A stretch of DNA of 64,000 bases, from NCBI GenBank assembly GCA_951406725.2, contig OX597822.1:11160001-11224000 (forward strand), given 5' to 3'. A model generated the notes under the pieces. That model was not told where the DNA came from, made no database searches, and worked only from the letters and a program-made list of their open reading frames with translations. The translations under genes were made by a program, and so were the position numbers. Every line of letters begins with the position of its first letter. Position 1 is the first letter of the stretch. This DNA comes from Octopus vulgaris (Eukaryota). Positions 13,251 through 25,799 of this stretch are shown one piece after another.

Positions 13251-15376
13251 AGCTTTACAGTTGTATGCCAGACTTGTTTGGAGACGTATTTGCGGTGGTG
13301 TACTGCAACTGGCAGCAAAAATGGAGTATTCCTGGTTTTGTAAGCCGAGGAGCCGTAACACTGCTGAAGAAAGATCTAAACAAGACGAATGTAATAGACA
13401 ACTTTAGGCCTATCACTCTGCTTAATGCAGACTTGAACATTTTGGCCAAGGTCTTAGCCAAGAGGTAGGAACCTGGCATGGGTGGGGCGCTGATCAATTT
13501 GGATCAATCGAAAGCTTTCGATAGGGTAGACCATCGATACAGAGCGGCTGGTTTCGGTCTCGTCTTCCGCGGCTGGAAAGCCGCTTTGTACGGAGGCATC
13601 CGTTCAGTAATTCGCGTAAATGAAGATCTATCGAGACCTTTCGACATTGCACGTTCGGTCCGTCAGGGATACCCCACTCGTCGCTTCTCTACGTATTGAC
13701 TCTCGAGCCATTATTGCGGAAGTTGGCAACTCTGAGGGGCATCCCGCGAGAATTGGGATGCAGGACGAGCGTGTCTGCATACGCGGACGACGTCACCGTC
13801 ATAGTGTCTAGCCACGAGCACATCGAGCAAGTCGGTGAGGCACTGAAAGACTACGAAGCAGTGACAGGAGCAAAAATCAACCGGGAAAAATCAGTGGGCT
13901 TGCGACTCGGCACTTGGAGAAGCAAGCCCATGCCGTCCACCAGCGCCTCCGTCGTGGGAAGCTGGACCGACGGTCCGGTCGAGTTGCTCGGGGTCTGGTT
14001 TGGTTCGGACCTCCAAATGGAGAAGAACTGGAACGAGATAACAAGTAGGGTGGTCATTCTCACCAGACACTGGGCCGAGAGGAAACTGTCCCTAAAAGGT
14101 CGGGCGGTGGTGGGGAACTCGTACATCGCGTCCGTCATCTATTACCGCCTGACCGTCGTACCTTGTCCCGACCCTACCATCACCAAACTAGAACACATTC
14201 TCTTCCGCTTCTTGTGGAAAGATGCGTTCCGATGGTCACGCGATCCATTTGCTGTCAACACCCATTAAAAGGAGGACTGGGCATGCAGTGGTTGATGATG
14301 CGCAGACACGCGCTGAGACTACGACATCTCAGGCTCTATGTAGACGACGGTGAACAGGTGTGGTCGCCGTGTGTGAGGCAAGTTTTCCCGCAACTCGTCT
14401 CCATGACCGAACTGCACTCGTGGATCAAAAAGAGGCCGAGGAAGGGCGAATGGCACCGCGAGTGTCGCGTTGCTCTCAAGCAACTATGCCGTCCCGAGTC
14501 GTCCTTGAGTGACTTCAACACAACCCAAGCATTCTATAGGGGATTAGTGGAGGGGAGGTACGACGACTAGCTCGGGGCGAACCTGGACGTCAACGAGGAA
14601 TACCTGACCCGCCTGTTCGGGACGACTTTCAGGCCAGGTCCCATGGACAACTTCCAGAGATCCCTGGCCTGGCAGTGCTACCGAAAAGCGCTACCCGTTC
14701 GAGATAAGCTCTATAGGCATGGCTCGAGAAACACGGGGCCGACCTGCGCGAGATGCGGTCAGATCGACGAAACCGTTCTGCACGCACTCGTGCAGTGTCT
14801 AATAATTTCGACCTGTGGGCTTATGTCGAACAACTGCTGTCACGTGTGGGACGAGTCGGTTTATCAGCCAAGTCTAAGGTCAATATTGTCACGCCTCCTT
14901 CCTTCAAATGGGAAGGAAGAGCTATTTTCATCATCCTTGTGGCTATGACAAAAGAATATATCTGGTGGACGCGTCTGAAAGGATTAGAGACAAACACTTT
15001 CCTCTCTGGTCAATCTCTCATCAACTTCTTCAAGTATCACTTGAATGACGAAGCCACCTTGAGCATAATCCTATGAACCCGGATATTTAAAAGAGAGGGT
15101 TACCTACTTGCAAACAAATGTGGTAACATGTAACAATATTGACCGAGGTTACCGTGGTCTTTTCCGTAGGCTTTTCTTCCCACGATCCCTATTGATCGTT
15201 TTTTTTTTCTTTTGTTTCTTCTCCTTCTTTTCTTCTTTCCCTTTTCCGATCCCTTTTGATCGAAAATCTACCCCACCTTTTATTTTTATTTTATTCTATT
15301 TTTCACCTAAATAGAAAAGTTCTACTTTGTAATCTGTCCCGTCTGTGCGCAGCCCTGTGTGGCTAATAAAGAAACA
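13251..15376 (+). mobile_element. 5'-truncated, frameshifted L1/Tx1-clade LINE (RT + C-terminal zinc knuckle + 3' UTR)
   Basis: NFRPITLLNADLNILAKVLAKR; LINLDQSKAFDRVDH; SVRQG.P; SAYADDVT; KINREKS; LGVWF; CARCGQIDETVLHALVQC; 3' AATAAA; flanked by (TCTA)n on both sides. Confidence 0.93.
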
Positions 15377-15381
15377 TATCA

Positions 15382-15499
<118 letters not shown>

Positions 15500-15954
15500 T
15501 TATAGTAAAATCATGCATAATACGGATAAGTCATTCTAACATTTTCACAAAAAGAAAAAAAAATTACTAAATGTGAGAACATCTAAGTTATGTTCAATAA
15601 TTTACGATGAGCTGTACTACATTGCATATACATGTATGTACAATGTTTGAAACGTAGAATATGCATGTGTTTTGCAAATATGCATGTTTTAGTTCAAGAA
15701 TATTGTAATATAATTTATAAGGAAACTCACTTATAAGAAATATAACAGTGAATGTATATTGAGTAAAATTTGAATATTTGTCGCGTATATATGTTTTACC
15801 GTAACAGTTTTATATATTTGATATATGGTAATAATATTTATATTATATGCATATGGAATGCGTGCTACGGCGATTGGCAAAAAATATTCTGCTTGGTAGA
15901 TGAACTTTGATCGAAAACTAACCTGCTAATGATCTGTTGCAATATTTGTTGATA

Positions 15955-16107
15955 AAAATGAGTTCAAATTCCGCCAAGGTCGACTTTGCCTTTCATCCTT
16001 TCGGGGTCGATGAATTAACCAGTTGCCTACTGGAGTCAAACTAATTGACTGCCCCCCCCCCACCAAAATACTTTCGGGCTTTGTGCCTAGAGTAGAGAAG
16101 AATATTT
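15955..16107 (+). mobile_element. SINE family B (Meta/MESC-like core GCCTTTCATCCTTTCGGGGTCGATAAA), 5'-truncated
   Basis: tgagttcaaattccgccaaggtcgactttgcctttcatcctttcggggtcgat... shared with copies at 24148-24908, 25800, 52599, 58390, 62820. Confidence 0.85.
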
Positions 16108-16835
16108 GTTGATCTGATATATATATAACAAATGTTGCGCCAATGCTTTTATTAGCTACCGGTTTCAACTTGTTTGAAAATTTTATGTTTGACGACACGA
16201 GTATACTAATATATATTTATATGCATATTTATATTTTTGATGTCAGCCCAATATTTATAGCTCATATTTATAGGGTTACGTGTGTTTCTAGACCTACTAT
16301 TCTGCTGGCTAGCTGGCCCAACGGGAAAGCCAGGCCAACATACTCATTACGCCGAATGCTAGTCCGTAGCAGAGTTACCTGTCCACAGCCGAGGGACAAC
16401 ATGAAATGTTGTGGTCAAGACTAACGCCCCACGAGTTTGGAAATCTAAGCCACGAACTTGCGTTTACTAGTGAATACTCTAACCACCAGGTTACACGCAC
16501 AACACCTTTCTACTGACCATTCCTCAACGCACATGTGAAGAGGCACACGGCTCCACAAATGACCACCACTCCTGATACCATGCTGCTGAATCCTTTCTAC
16601 AACATTATTAGACACAAAGCTCACTCACACATACACATATAAACAGCCAACACCACACGCACACACATACAGACTTGTGCGCACGCACATATCCACACAT
16701 ACCTCCTTATCTTACACTCTCCTGTCTTTTCTTCAGCCATTTCCTTCCGGTCATTTCACAATGTAACCACATGTGAATCGTTGACGATTTCCCTTCCACC
16801 GTCTTCCTTTTCTCTTGGACTTTCTTCTGTCTTCT

Positions 16836-16870
16836 GTTTCTGAAAAAGAGCATTGCTCGAAACGTAAAAC
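16836..16870 (+). ncRNA. Minimal type-I hammerhead motif (core CUGAAAA, G8->A) in a pyrimidine-rich pLTR-like element ending in (TA)n
   Basis: gttt-CTGAAAA-a-GAGC-att-GCTC-GAAA-CG-TA-aaac. Confidence 0.72.
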
Positions 16871-16974
16871 CACCTTTCTTTCCTTCCATGAGCGTCTGCT
16901 AATACTTTGCATGTACCACGTCCTTGCGTTGTTGTTTTTTCTCGTGTCTGTTCTTCGTTTTCTTTTTATATTTG

Positions 16975-17008
<34 letters not shown>

Positions 17009-17021
17009 TTATTCCACATCA

Positions 17022-17086
<65 letters not shown>

Positions 17087-17099
17087 CACAGATCTTTCT

Positions 17100-17310
17100 T
17101 TCATTCTTTCATTTGTTTCAGTCAGCCGACTGTGGACATTCTGGAGGACCACCTTTAGTCGAATAAATCGATTCCAAAATTTAGCCTTTGTAAACCTAGT
17201 ACTTATTCTATCGGTCTCTTTTGCCGAATTGCTAAGTTTCGGGGACGCAAACCCACCAACATCGATTGTGAAATGATGGTGGGGGGACAAGTACACACAC
17301 ACACACACAT
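17100..17310 (-). mobile_element. SINE family A, 3' half
   Basis: tgtttcagtcagccgactgtggacattctggaggaccacc...ttgccgaattgctaag. Confidence 0.8.
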
Positions 17311-17423
17311 ACTTATTTGTATATATGTGTGTGCGTATAATAGTAATAATAACAATAATAAAAATAATAATAATAATGATAATAATAATAATAATGATAA
17401 TAATAATAATAATGATAATAATG

Positions 17424-17483
<60 letters not shown>

Positions 17484-17488
17484 GGAAG

Positions 17489-17520
<32 letters not shown>

Positions 17521-18150
17521 GGAGAATAGGAATAATTATGATTATAAACCAAAGATGGAGTTTCATAATATTTAAGTACATCGCTACGCACGTTTCCACA
17601 AATCCCTTGATGTCTGTGACTATAATCTGCATCCATAGGATGATTACAATGTAATTTGTAACATCCCAGGATATATATATATATATCTTTCACTTATTTC
17701 ATTCATTAAACTGCGGTCATACTCTCTACGTACTATGTTCGATACATTTTGTGTTCGTCTGGTATGTTGATTTTGTTTATTTTTATGTGGATTGATTATG
17801 ACCGCACTGAAGCTTAGAAAGTGGATTATGTACACTAACTATGAAATCATATGATCTGCGGCTGAATCTGTTTTTAAGGGGTTGGCTTCAACGGTTGCAT
17901 TGTTTATTTCTTTTGGTAGTTTTAACTTTAAGAGTCCCTAATAGCGTGAGGCATTTACGTGTAGTTATGCCGTTTATATATATATATATATATATACACA
18001 TACATATATCATCTGAATTAAGATATAAACTCAAATTAGGCAATCAACTTTTTATACATACTCATATTGTTATAAATTCGACTTAAAATGCGTATATATA
18101 TATATTAATACATACCGACATGTATGAATATTTAAAAAAATATAAATATA

Positions 18151-18350
18151 GGCGCAGGAGTGGTTGTGTGGCAATTAGCTCGCTTATCAACCACATGGTT
18201 CCAGGTTCAGTTCCACTGCGTAGCACCTCGGACAAGTTTCTTCTATTATAACCCCGGGCCGACCAAATCCTTGAGAGTGGATCACTTAAACGGAAATTGA
18301 AATAAGCTCGCCGTACATATGTACATGTATATATATGTATATATATATGC

Positions 18351-18383
<33 letters not shown>

Positions 18384-18629
18384 TATATAAATATATATAT
18401 ATATACATGTGTGTGTGTGTGTTTGTTTGTTTGTCCCCACCATTGCTTGAAAATCGATGTTAGTGTGTTTACGTCCCCGTAACTTAGCGATTCGGCAAAA
18501 GAGAGCGATAGAGTAAGTACTAGGCTTACACAAAATAAGTCCTGGGGTAGATTTATTCGATTAAATGGCGGTGCTCCAGCATGGCCGCAATCAAATGACT
18601 GAAGTAAGGAAAAGAATAAAAGAATAAGA
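18151..18629 (+). mobile_element. Full-length tRNA-derived SINE family A with internal (TA)n/(TG)n tract
   Basis: Head GGCGCAGGAGTGGTTGTGTGG (A box) ..GGTTCAGTTCC (B box); body; tail GGCGGTGCTCCAGCATGGCCGC..GACTGAA-(AAGAATA)n. Confidence 0.92.
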
Positions 18630-18855
18630 AATATATATATATACATTAAAATATTTTTAACAATATAAATATAAATATACATAAAAATATATGTAAATAA
18701 AACCCAAGTGTGAGAGAAAGAACTGATAAAAACTTTTTCGTACTAAAACTAAGAGCTGTTAAGAATTTCAATTAAAAGATGCATAGAATTCAATGTGTCT
18801 TTAAGAATATATAAATGGTATATAAGGCATATAATACAATTAGAGGAAGTCCACT

Positions 18856-18944
18856 TTCTACGGCCGTTTGCAGAGTTTATGTCCTGCTAGAAAAATTAGT
18901 AGAAATCTTACAAAGCATGCGGACAAGGCTCCCTTCATCAGGAT
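18856..18944 (-). ncRNA. Hammerhead-like motif with long stem II, decayed
   Basis: Minus strand atc-CTGATGA-ag-GGAG..TGTCC-GC......GC-a-GGACA..CTCT-GCAAA-CGGCCG-TA-gaa; palindromic ACGGCCGT stem III. Confidence 0.5.
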
Positions 18945-19004
18945 GGGTATCCTCATAAAATCACATACTTGCTAATGTTTGGTTATGACAGAGGGATGGA
19001 TATA

Positions 19005-19057
<53 letters not shown>

Positions 19058-19096
19058 AAATATATAATATTATACACACACACATATGTGTTAATA

Positions 19097-19128
<32 letters not shown>

Positions 19129-19245
19129 AAATAGTAAAAAGTGAAAAACTACAGAAGGCTTGTTTTAAAAGGTTAAAAAATATATTTAAGTCATTATGTC
19201 AGAAGAATGTTATAAAATTTTTTCATACAGTGACATAGTTTTTGA

Positions 19246-19282
19246 AGAAATTACCGGTTTCGTGTTAACTTTTCAAATTTCT
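19246..19282 (-). ncRNA. Penelope pLTR hammerhead ribozyme, U3-A8 variant (copy 1)
   Basis: Exact reverse complement of 21145-21181. Confidence 0.85.
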
Positions 19283-19403
19283 CAAAACATCGTGTTATGA
19301 CTTCATTATGAAGTGTAAAGAAGAGTTCTAGGTAAGGGGAGGTAATAAGTGATTTCTTCCGGTGTAAGGGAGATAATCGCTTTATATTTCTTGCCTTCTT
19401 TAC

Positions 19404-20565
19404 TTAATGGGGTGAGTTTCTCTGTATAAGGATGATAGAGTGGTTAATTTTTGGCTTATATTTTTCAATGAAGAATATTTCCTTGTTTAGTCTAATTTGT
19501 GTTGGTGTTCCAATAGCACATTGATAAAATGGAAAGATTAAAAATTGTGGTAGTAGTTGCTTTGCGCATTTCTCAATATGCTCACTAAAGGGTATCATTC
19601 TGTATTCTGGGAATGCAATCTGAGTGATAGTCCCGTGGACTCCACGTAGTTTTGGTGGCAGCCCGAGCATCTTATGACATAAATTATGTTTTCAGAAGCA
19701 CAAGTAAAATTAGATTTGATCTTGAATTTTTGTCCCTCTTTGAAGAGGAATTCTGATCCTTCTAGAAGGTTTGAGCATGTTGCGCAGTTTGTTCTACCAC
19801 ATTTTTTTACTTTTGCATTCGTAATTTCAGAAAGCAATTTTGCCTTTGTGAGAATCTTTTTAAGTGATTTAGGTTGTTTGTAGCTTTTAATGATTTTATG
19901 TATGTTTAGAATTTCCTTTAATTTGGGGTCCTTATGAAGTATTGGTAAATTCTGGGTGATGATGGTGAAGGCTTCTTTGTTTCTGGGGTTGTATGTGGAT
20001 ATGTAAGGCAGTATTTTCGGGGAAGTTGTGTTGTTGTGTTGAACTTTTCTCAAAGTTTCTATGTCGATTTCTGTTGCACGTCTGATCCCATCCTCTATGA
20101 GTTGAGTTGGGTATGTCTGTTCATTAGGGTGTTTTTGAGTTCTTGTAGTCTAAAGTTCCTGGTATTTTGTTCTGACACTATTGTGCATATCCTTCTTGCA
20201 AGGTTGAAAGGGATGTTTGTTTTAGTGTGTCTTGGGTGGTATGAATCAAAAAGTAGGTATTGTGTGGCGTCTGTGGTTTTGTAAAAAATGTCTGTTTCTA
20301 TTTTAAGGTTAATTTTTTAATTAGTATATCTAAGAATGGAAGCTCCTTTTGGTTGTATTCCATTGTGAACTGCATATTTGGGTTGATGCTGTTCAATAGG
20401 TTTTTGAATTTTAGGAGTTTATCTGTGTTTACATTCCAGAGTATAAAACAATCATCCAGGAATCGTTTCCAATTCTCTTTTATGTATTGAGAGAGGGGGT
20501 TTCCAAAGGTTGATAAAGATTGCTGGTAAACAATTATTTCCAGATAGCCCATTGTTAGGTTCGCA
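19404..20565 (-). pseudogene. Penelope RT/GIY-YIG ORF fragment with frameshifts and a 28-bp deletion
   Basis: Pieces in ORFs 20298-20714 (only the part below 20565 is genuine), 19595-20053 and 19404-19670. Confidence 0.9.
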
Positions 20566-21024
20566 TTGACTGAAATTACGGATGCAAAAGTAAAAAAATG
20601 TGGTAGAACAAACTGCGCAACATGCTCAAACCTTCTAGAAGGATCAGAATTCCTCTTCAAAGAGGGACAAAAATTCAAGATCAAATCTAATTTTACTTGT
20701 GCTTCTGAAAACATAATTTATGTCATAAGATGCTCGGGCTGCCACCAAAGCTACGTGGGGTCCACGGGACTGTCACTCAGACGTAGATGCACACTGCATC
20801 GACAACAGATTGCATTCCCAGAATACAGAATGATACCCTTTAGTGAGCATATTGAGAAATGCGCAAAGCAACTACTACCACAATTTTTAATCTTTCCATT
20901 TTATCAATGTGCTATTGGAACACCAACACAAATTAGACTAAACAAGGAAACATTCTTCATTGAAAAATATAAGCCCAAACTTAACCACTCTAACATCCTT
21001 ATACAGAGAAACTCACCCCATTAA
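20566..21024 (+). pseudogene. Uninterrupted Cys-linker + GIY-YIG endonuclease reading frame of the inverted Penelope copy (no true start codon)
   Basis: 152-aa ORF with CxxxxCxxC linker, IIY..C..C...YVG and CCHH residues. Confidence 0.85.
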
Positions 21025-21144
21025 GTAAAGAAGGCAAAAATATAAAGCGATTATCTCTCTTACGCCGGAAGAAATCACTTATTACCTCCCCTTACCTAGA
21101 ACTCTTCTTTACACTTCATAATGAAGTCATAACACGATGTTTTG

Positions 21145-21181
21145 AGAAATTTGAAAAGTTAACACGAAACCGGTAATTTCT
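21145..21181 (+). ncRNA. Penelope pLTR hammerhead ribozyme, U3-A8 variant (copy 2)
   Basis: agaaat-TTGAAAA-GT-taac-AC-GAAA-CCGG-TA-atttct; 6-bp stem I; predicted cleavage after 21175; ~120 nt downstream of the EN stop codon. Confidence 0.85.
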
Positions 21182-21342
21182 TCAAAAACTATGTCACTGT
21201 ATGAAAAAAATTTATAACATTCTTCTGACATAATGACTTAAATATATATTTTAACCTTTTAAAACAAGCCTTCTGTAGTTTTTTTCACTTTTTACTATTT
21301 TCTATATATTCAACCACGTGCTTTCACACACCAACTTTCTCA

Positions 21343-21390
<48 letters not shown>

Positions 21391-21529
21391 CGTGCTCACT
21401 TATCCAGCGGGGTGGCGGCATTTAAATGCTAAAACAATGCGAAGCGCATTGTGACCAGCGATGTATACTAACATCTGATAGCCCAGTCGGAAGAAAATAT
21501 ACATATACATATATATATATATATATATA

Positions 21530-21925
21530 GGTGCTAGGGTGGGTGTGTGGTACGAAGCTTACTTCCCAACTACATGGTTCCAGGTTCAGTCCCACAGCGT
21601 GGCACTTTCGGCAAGTGTCTTCTACTATATAACTCCGGTCCGATCTTAGCCTTCTGAGTGGATTCGGTAGACGGAAACTGAAAGAAGCTCGTTGTATATA
21701 TATATGAATGTATTTGTGTGTCTGTGTTTGGCCGCCTACCTGTCCACCATCGCTTGACAACAGATGCTGCTGCGTTTATGTTCCCGTAACTTAGCGGTTC
21801 GGCCAAAAACCGGATCGAATAAGCATTAGGCTTACAAAGAGAATGTCCTGGGGTCGATTTACTCGACTAAAAGTGGTGCTCCAACAATGCCGCACTGAAG
21901 CAATTAACAGAAATAAAAGAAATAA
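21530..21925 (+). mobile_element. Full-length SINE family A
   Basis: Head, body and tail all recognisable against the 18151 and 45246 copies. Confidence 0.88.
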
Positions 21926-22177
21926 ACGTGGGTGTGTATGTATATATGTATGTATTTATGTATGTTTGTATATAGAAATATACGTTCACCCACACATACA
22001 TACGTCTAGGCTTATAGATATAAAATATTTAGAATGTTTACTTTTGTCTACAAATTGTTGAACACAAACGCCTGTCTGTCGGTTTTTAATGAATAAGTTG
22101 TCGCATTCTATGCATATATATATATATGTGTGTGTGTGTGTGTATGTGTGTGTGTTTGGATACACACATACATATAC

Positions 22178-22217
<40 letters not shown>

Positions 22218-22370
22218 CATATACATACATACATGTATACATACATGCATACATATGTAGATACACATACACACACACACATATATATATCACACATACA
22301 TACATACATATACACATATATATGTATATAAACATACATACATACATATATATATGTATATATATGTCTA

Positions 22371-22419
<49 letters not shown>

Positions 22420-22515
22420 ATTGGTAAAAACGGTAAGATAACAAAAGAAAGAAAGAGACCTCAATATTCAGAGTTTTATCTTGACTATTGAGTAATGTAA
22501 CATATTATTTTATAG

Positions 22516-22553
<38 letters not shown>

Positions 22554-22999
22554 GCAAACTCACACACAGAGGTCTGCTGAAGTGTATGTTTGTGCCCACG
22601 TAATTAAATTCACTTCTATCCGTATGTTTAAACTCTTTATACCTGTGTGTTTGTCCATTGTACTTGGCTTTGCTTTATTTGCTGCTGTACCTGTTGTGTA
22701 TTTTTGTGCTTCTCCGTTTGTTTTTGTGAGTAATATCCTCTGTTTTTTTTTTTTAGTGATCACTTGTACAGTTAACAAATAAAAACTGTGTAGCAACATT
22801 ATCAAAGAGACGATGCAATCTTGTGCAGAGTAATAAATTCTTTCATTCGGATCACGAAAGTGTGTGACAGCAGGCGAAAACACTTCTCTGTGAATTCGTC
22901 ATTAAGAAACAATAGTTCGTTAGTGACAGTTGTAAACTGCATTTGATGGTTTCATTTTGCCGACTAAAACCACTAGGAGTATAACCACAACCCTTGCTA

Positions 23000-23778
23000 C
23001 AACACCACACCACACCACACTGAACCACAACAGCCTCTACAACAGTCGCAACTACCGCCATGATCAGGATTAAGATGAGAGCAACCACCACCACCACCAC
23101 CATCACCATCATCAACAGCAGGAATATTGGGAATACTGTAACCCCAACACTTCCAACATCACCATCTCTACCGCCATACCACGTGACACAGAAGCAATTT
23201 TAATGATAATGTTTTTGCAAATAATGCGAGAGAAATGTTTTAAAACCACCAACGACCAAAAGAACCATTATCGATAAATCCCCGAATACGACGACGACGG
23301 CCACCACCACTACCACTACCGCCACCGCCGCCGCCGCCGCCGCCACCGCTGCCAGTGCAAGGTTCACCGGAATCGCCATGACGACGACGCCCACAGTGAC
23401 AATGACCAACACCATTGTCATCATTATATCATCCCCAGGAACACTATCGCCATCACGACGACGAAGACCACCACCGCCGCCACCACCACCACCGCCGTCA
23501 CCACCACCACCACCACCACCACCACCACCACCACCACCACCAAAACCAGCACCACCAACACCAACACCAACACCACCACCACCATCCATCATCATAATCA
23601 TCACCGCCACCGCCATCACCACCACTACTACCATCACCACTGCCTCCTCAACCATTCACCACCATCATCTCCATTTTCCCCTTCACCATCAACACCACCA
23701 TCAACACATCACCACAACCATTACCGCTACATCTACCATCAACTCTACTACCACACACCATCACTACTACTACTGCTT

Positions 23779-23830
<52 letters not shown>

Positions 23831-24060
23831 AACCATAACCATCGTCCTCACCATCGCCCACACACTCACCATCACCATCGCCACCATTACTACTGTCTCC
23901 ACCTTCAGCACTACTACCACACGCCACCCTAATCATCGCGATCGCAACCATCCCCATGACCATCACCCTATTAGCCCTCACCACCATCACCAGAACAATC
24001 ATCAACGTTGCCATGACAACAATCACCCACGCTCCCCCTTCTACCCCCCCCCCACCAGCA
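23000..24060. repeat. Degenerate (CAC/CAT/TAC)n trinucleotide low-complexity tract
   Basis: Directly visible; source of the spurious Pro/His/Gly/Val-rich ORFs. Confidence 0.9.
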
Positions 24061-24147
24061 GAAGCCATTTCGAATTCTTTGCTCTTTTTTCGGCTTAATT
24101 CTTGAAAATGGTTGATTATAAGTTTTGGAAGAAATTTACGTTGTTAG

Positions 24148-24359
24148 GAAGGCGAGGACCTAGCAGAATGGTCAACATGCCGGAAAATTGCTTAGCGGCA
24201 TTTCGTCCGTCTTTACGTTCTGAATAAAAATTCCACTGAGGTCGATTTTGCCTGTCATCCTTTCGGGGTCGATAAATTAAGTACCAGGTGCGTACTGGGG
24301 TTGATGTAATCGACTCATCACTTTCCCCAAATTGCTGCCCTTGTGGAAAAATTTGAAAC

Positions 24360-24444
<85 letters not shown>

Positions 24445-24908
24445 ATTATTACAGCGGTGACCTGGTAGAAATGTTAGTACGCTAGACGAAATGCTTAGCA
24501 GTGTTTCGCCCGTCGCTACATCCTGAGCCCAAATTCCGCCGAGGTCGATTTTGCCTTTCATCCTTTCGGGTCGATAAATTAAATACTAGAGAAACAGAGG
24601 GTCGATGTAATCGACTACCCCCACCCACCCACAAATAAATAAAACTTCAGGCCTTGTGCTATAGTAGAAAGGATTATTATTATTGTTACGGCGGTGTGCT
24701 GGCAGAATCGTTAGCACACCGAGCAAAATGCTTAGCGGCTTTTCATCTGTCTTTACGTTCCGAGTTCAAATGCTTCTGAGGACGACGTTGTCTTTTATCC
24801 CTTTCGTGGTCGATAAAATAAGAACCAGTCTAGCACTGCGATCGATGTAAGGGATTTATTTCCTCCCCCGAAATTGCTGGTCTTGTGCCAAAATTTGTGA
24901 CTAATATT
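24148..24908 (+). mobile_element. Three tandem copies of SINE family B separated by (ATT)n/(GTT)n tails
   Basis: Heads at ~24148, ~24453 and ~24690 (ggcg..ctggcagaa..gttagcac..aaatgcttagcg) each followed by the core gcctttcatcctttcggggtcgataaa. Confidence 0.9.
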
Positions 24909-24929
24909 TGACCGTGTTAGTAAAATCTT

Positions 24930-25240
24930 CACAAACACACATAGACGATGAGCTTCTTTCAGTTTCCATTCACCAAATTCACTCGCACTCACGAAGCTTT
25001 AATAAAAGACACCTGACCAAGGTGCCACCTAGTGGTATAAACCTTGAACTATTGGGAGTTTGGGAAACCAACGTCTTGCCACACAGCCACGCCTGCTCGC
25101 GCACGCACGCACACACATATATACGACGGGCTTCCACGCAGTTTCTCTCCACCAAGACACTTGCCCAAGGTGTTGCGCAGTGGAACTGAACCCGAGCCAC
25201 GTGGTTGTAAAGTGTGCTTCTTAACCACGCAGCCGTGCTT
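24930..25240 (-). mobile_element. Two fragments of SINE family A
   Basis: gagcttctttcagtttcc..caccaaattcactc; agacacttgcccaaggtg..gcagtggaactgaaccc. Confidence 0.75.
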
Positions 25241-25799
25241 CAGCTTCTATCCAAGAAGATAAAAAGTAAAGTAGAGCTTGTCGAATTTGAACTCAGAAGC
25301 CAAAGGCTTGTAACTAGAAACTACATGACATTAAAACACTTCATCCAGCGCTTTACCAAATTTTCACATCCGTTGACTTGTAGGTTCTTTTATGAATTTT
25401 CTTGCTATTTTCTTGTTCTTTTCTACAATTCTTGACAATAGATCTTTAATTCGGAACATTTAAACGGATTTCAAAGATCTGTGATTGAACAAACAGAAAT
25501 CCTGACTTTTAAAGGGGAAAAAAAAGAAAAGAAAAGAAAACAATAACCCTTTCCAAATATATTTTAAAATCTTGCAAAGATACAAGCGATTGTTTATGTC
25601 ACATGATTTCTCCATTGAGGCTGTGTGATGACAGCGCCAAAGACAACATTTATTAGAATGCGAACCATGCGTTATCTTGTGTGATCTTATATCTTTCCGT
25701 CTTTCCCTTTATCATTCTTTTTTCACCCCCCTCTCTCTCTCCCCTTCTCCCTTTCTTTTTCCACACACACACACACGGAATTGAGGTCATTTGCATGTA

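Larger units (their letters stand above)
19128..21345. mobile_element. Penelope-like element (Neptune-like): 5'-truncated RT-EN copy on the minus strand (19128-20565) joined head-to-head to an inverted EN+3' copy on the plus strand (20570-21345); both tails end in (TA)n
   Basis: RT ANLTMGYLE..WKRFLDDCF..FTME..LPFLD..FYKTTD..YLLFDSYHP; Cys linker CGRTNCATC; GIY-YIG NIIYVIRCSGCHQSYVGST..LRRRCTLH..PFSEH..KPKLN; ~700 bp inverted arms. Confidence 0.95.

Noticed and set aside
16156-16175. Half-hammerhead GAAACCGGTA on the minus strand (similar at 44415 and 36478)
   Set aside because: No core or stem I partner visible; at most truncated remnants
20566-20714. N-terminal part of ORF 20298-20714 and ORF 19686-19883
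   Set aside because: Antisense reading of the Penelope endonuclease region created by the inversion; not real protein
23200-24068. Proline-, glycine- and histidine-rich ORFs (extensin-like)
   Set aside because: Open in several frames on both strands because of (CAC)n repeats; no splice or domain evidence
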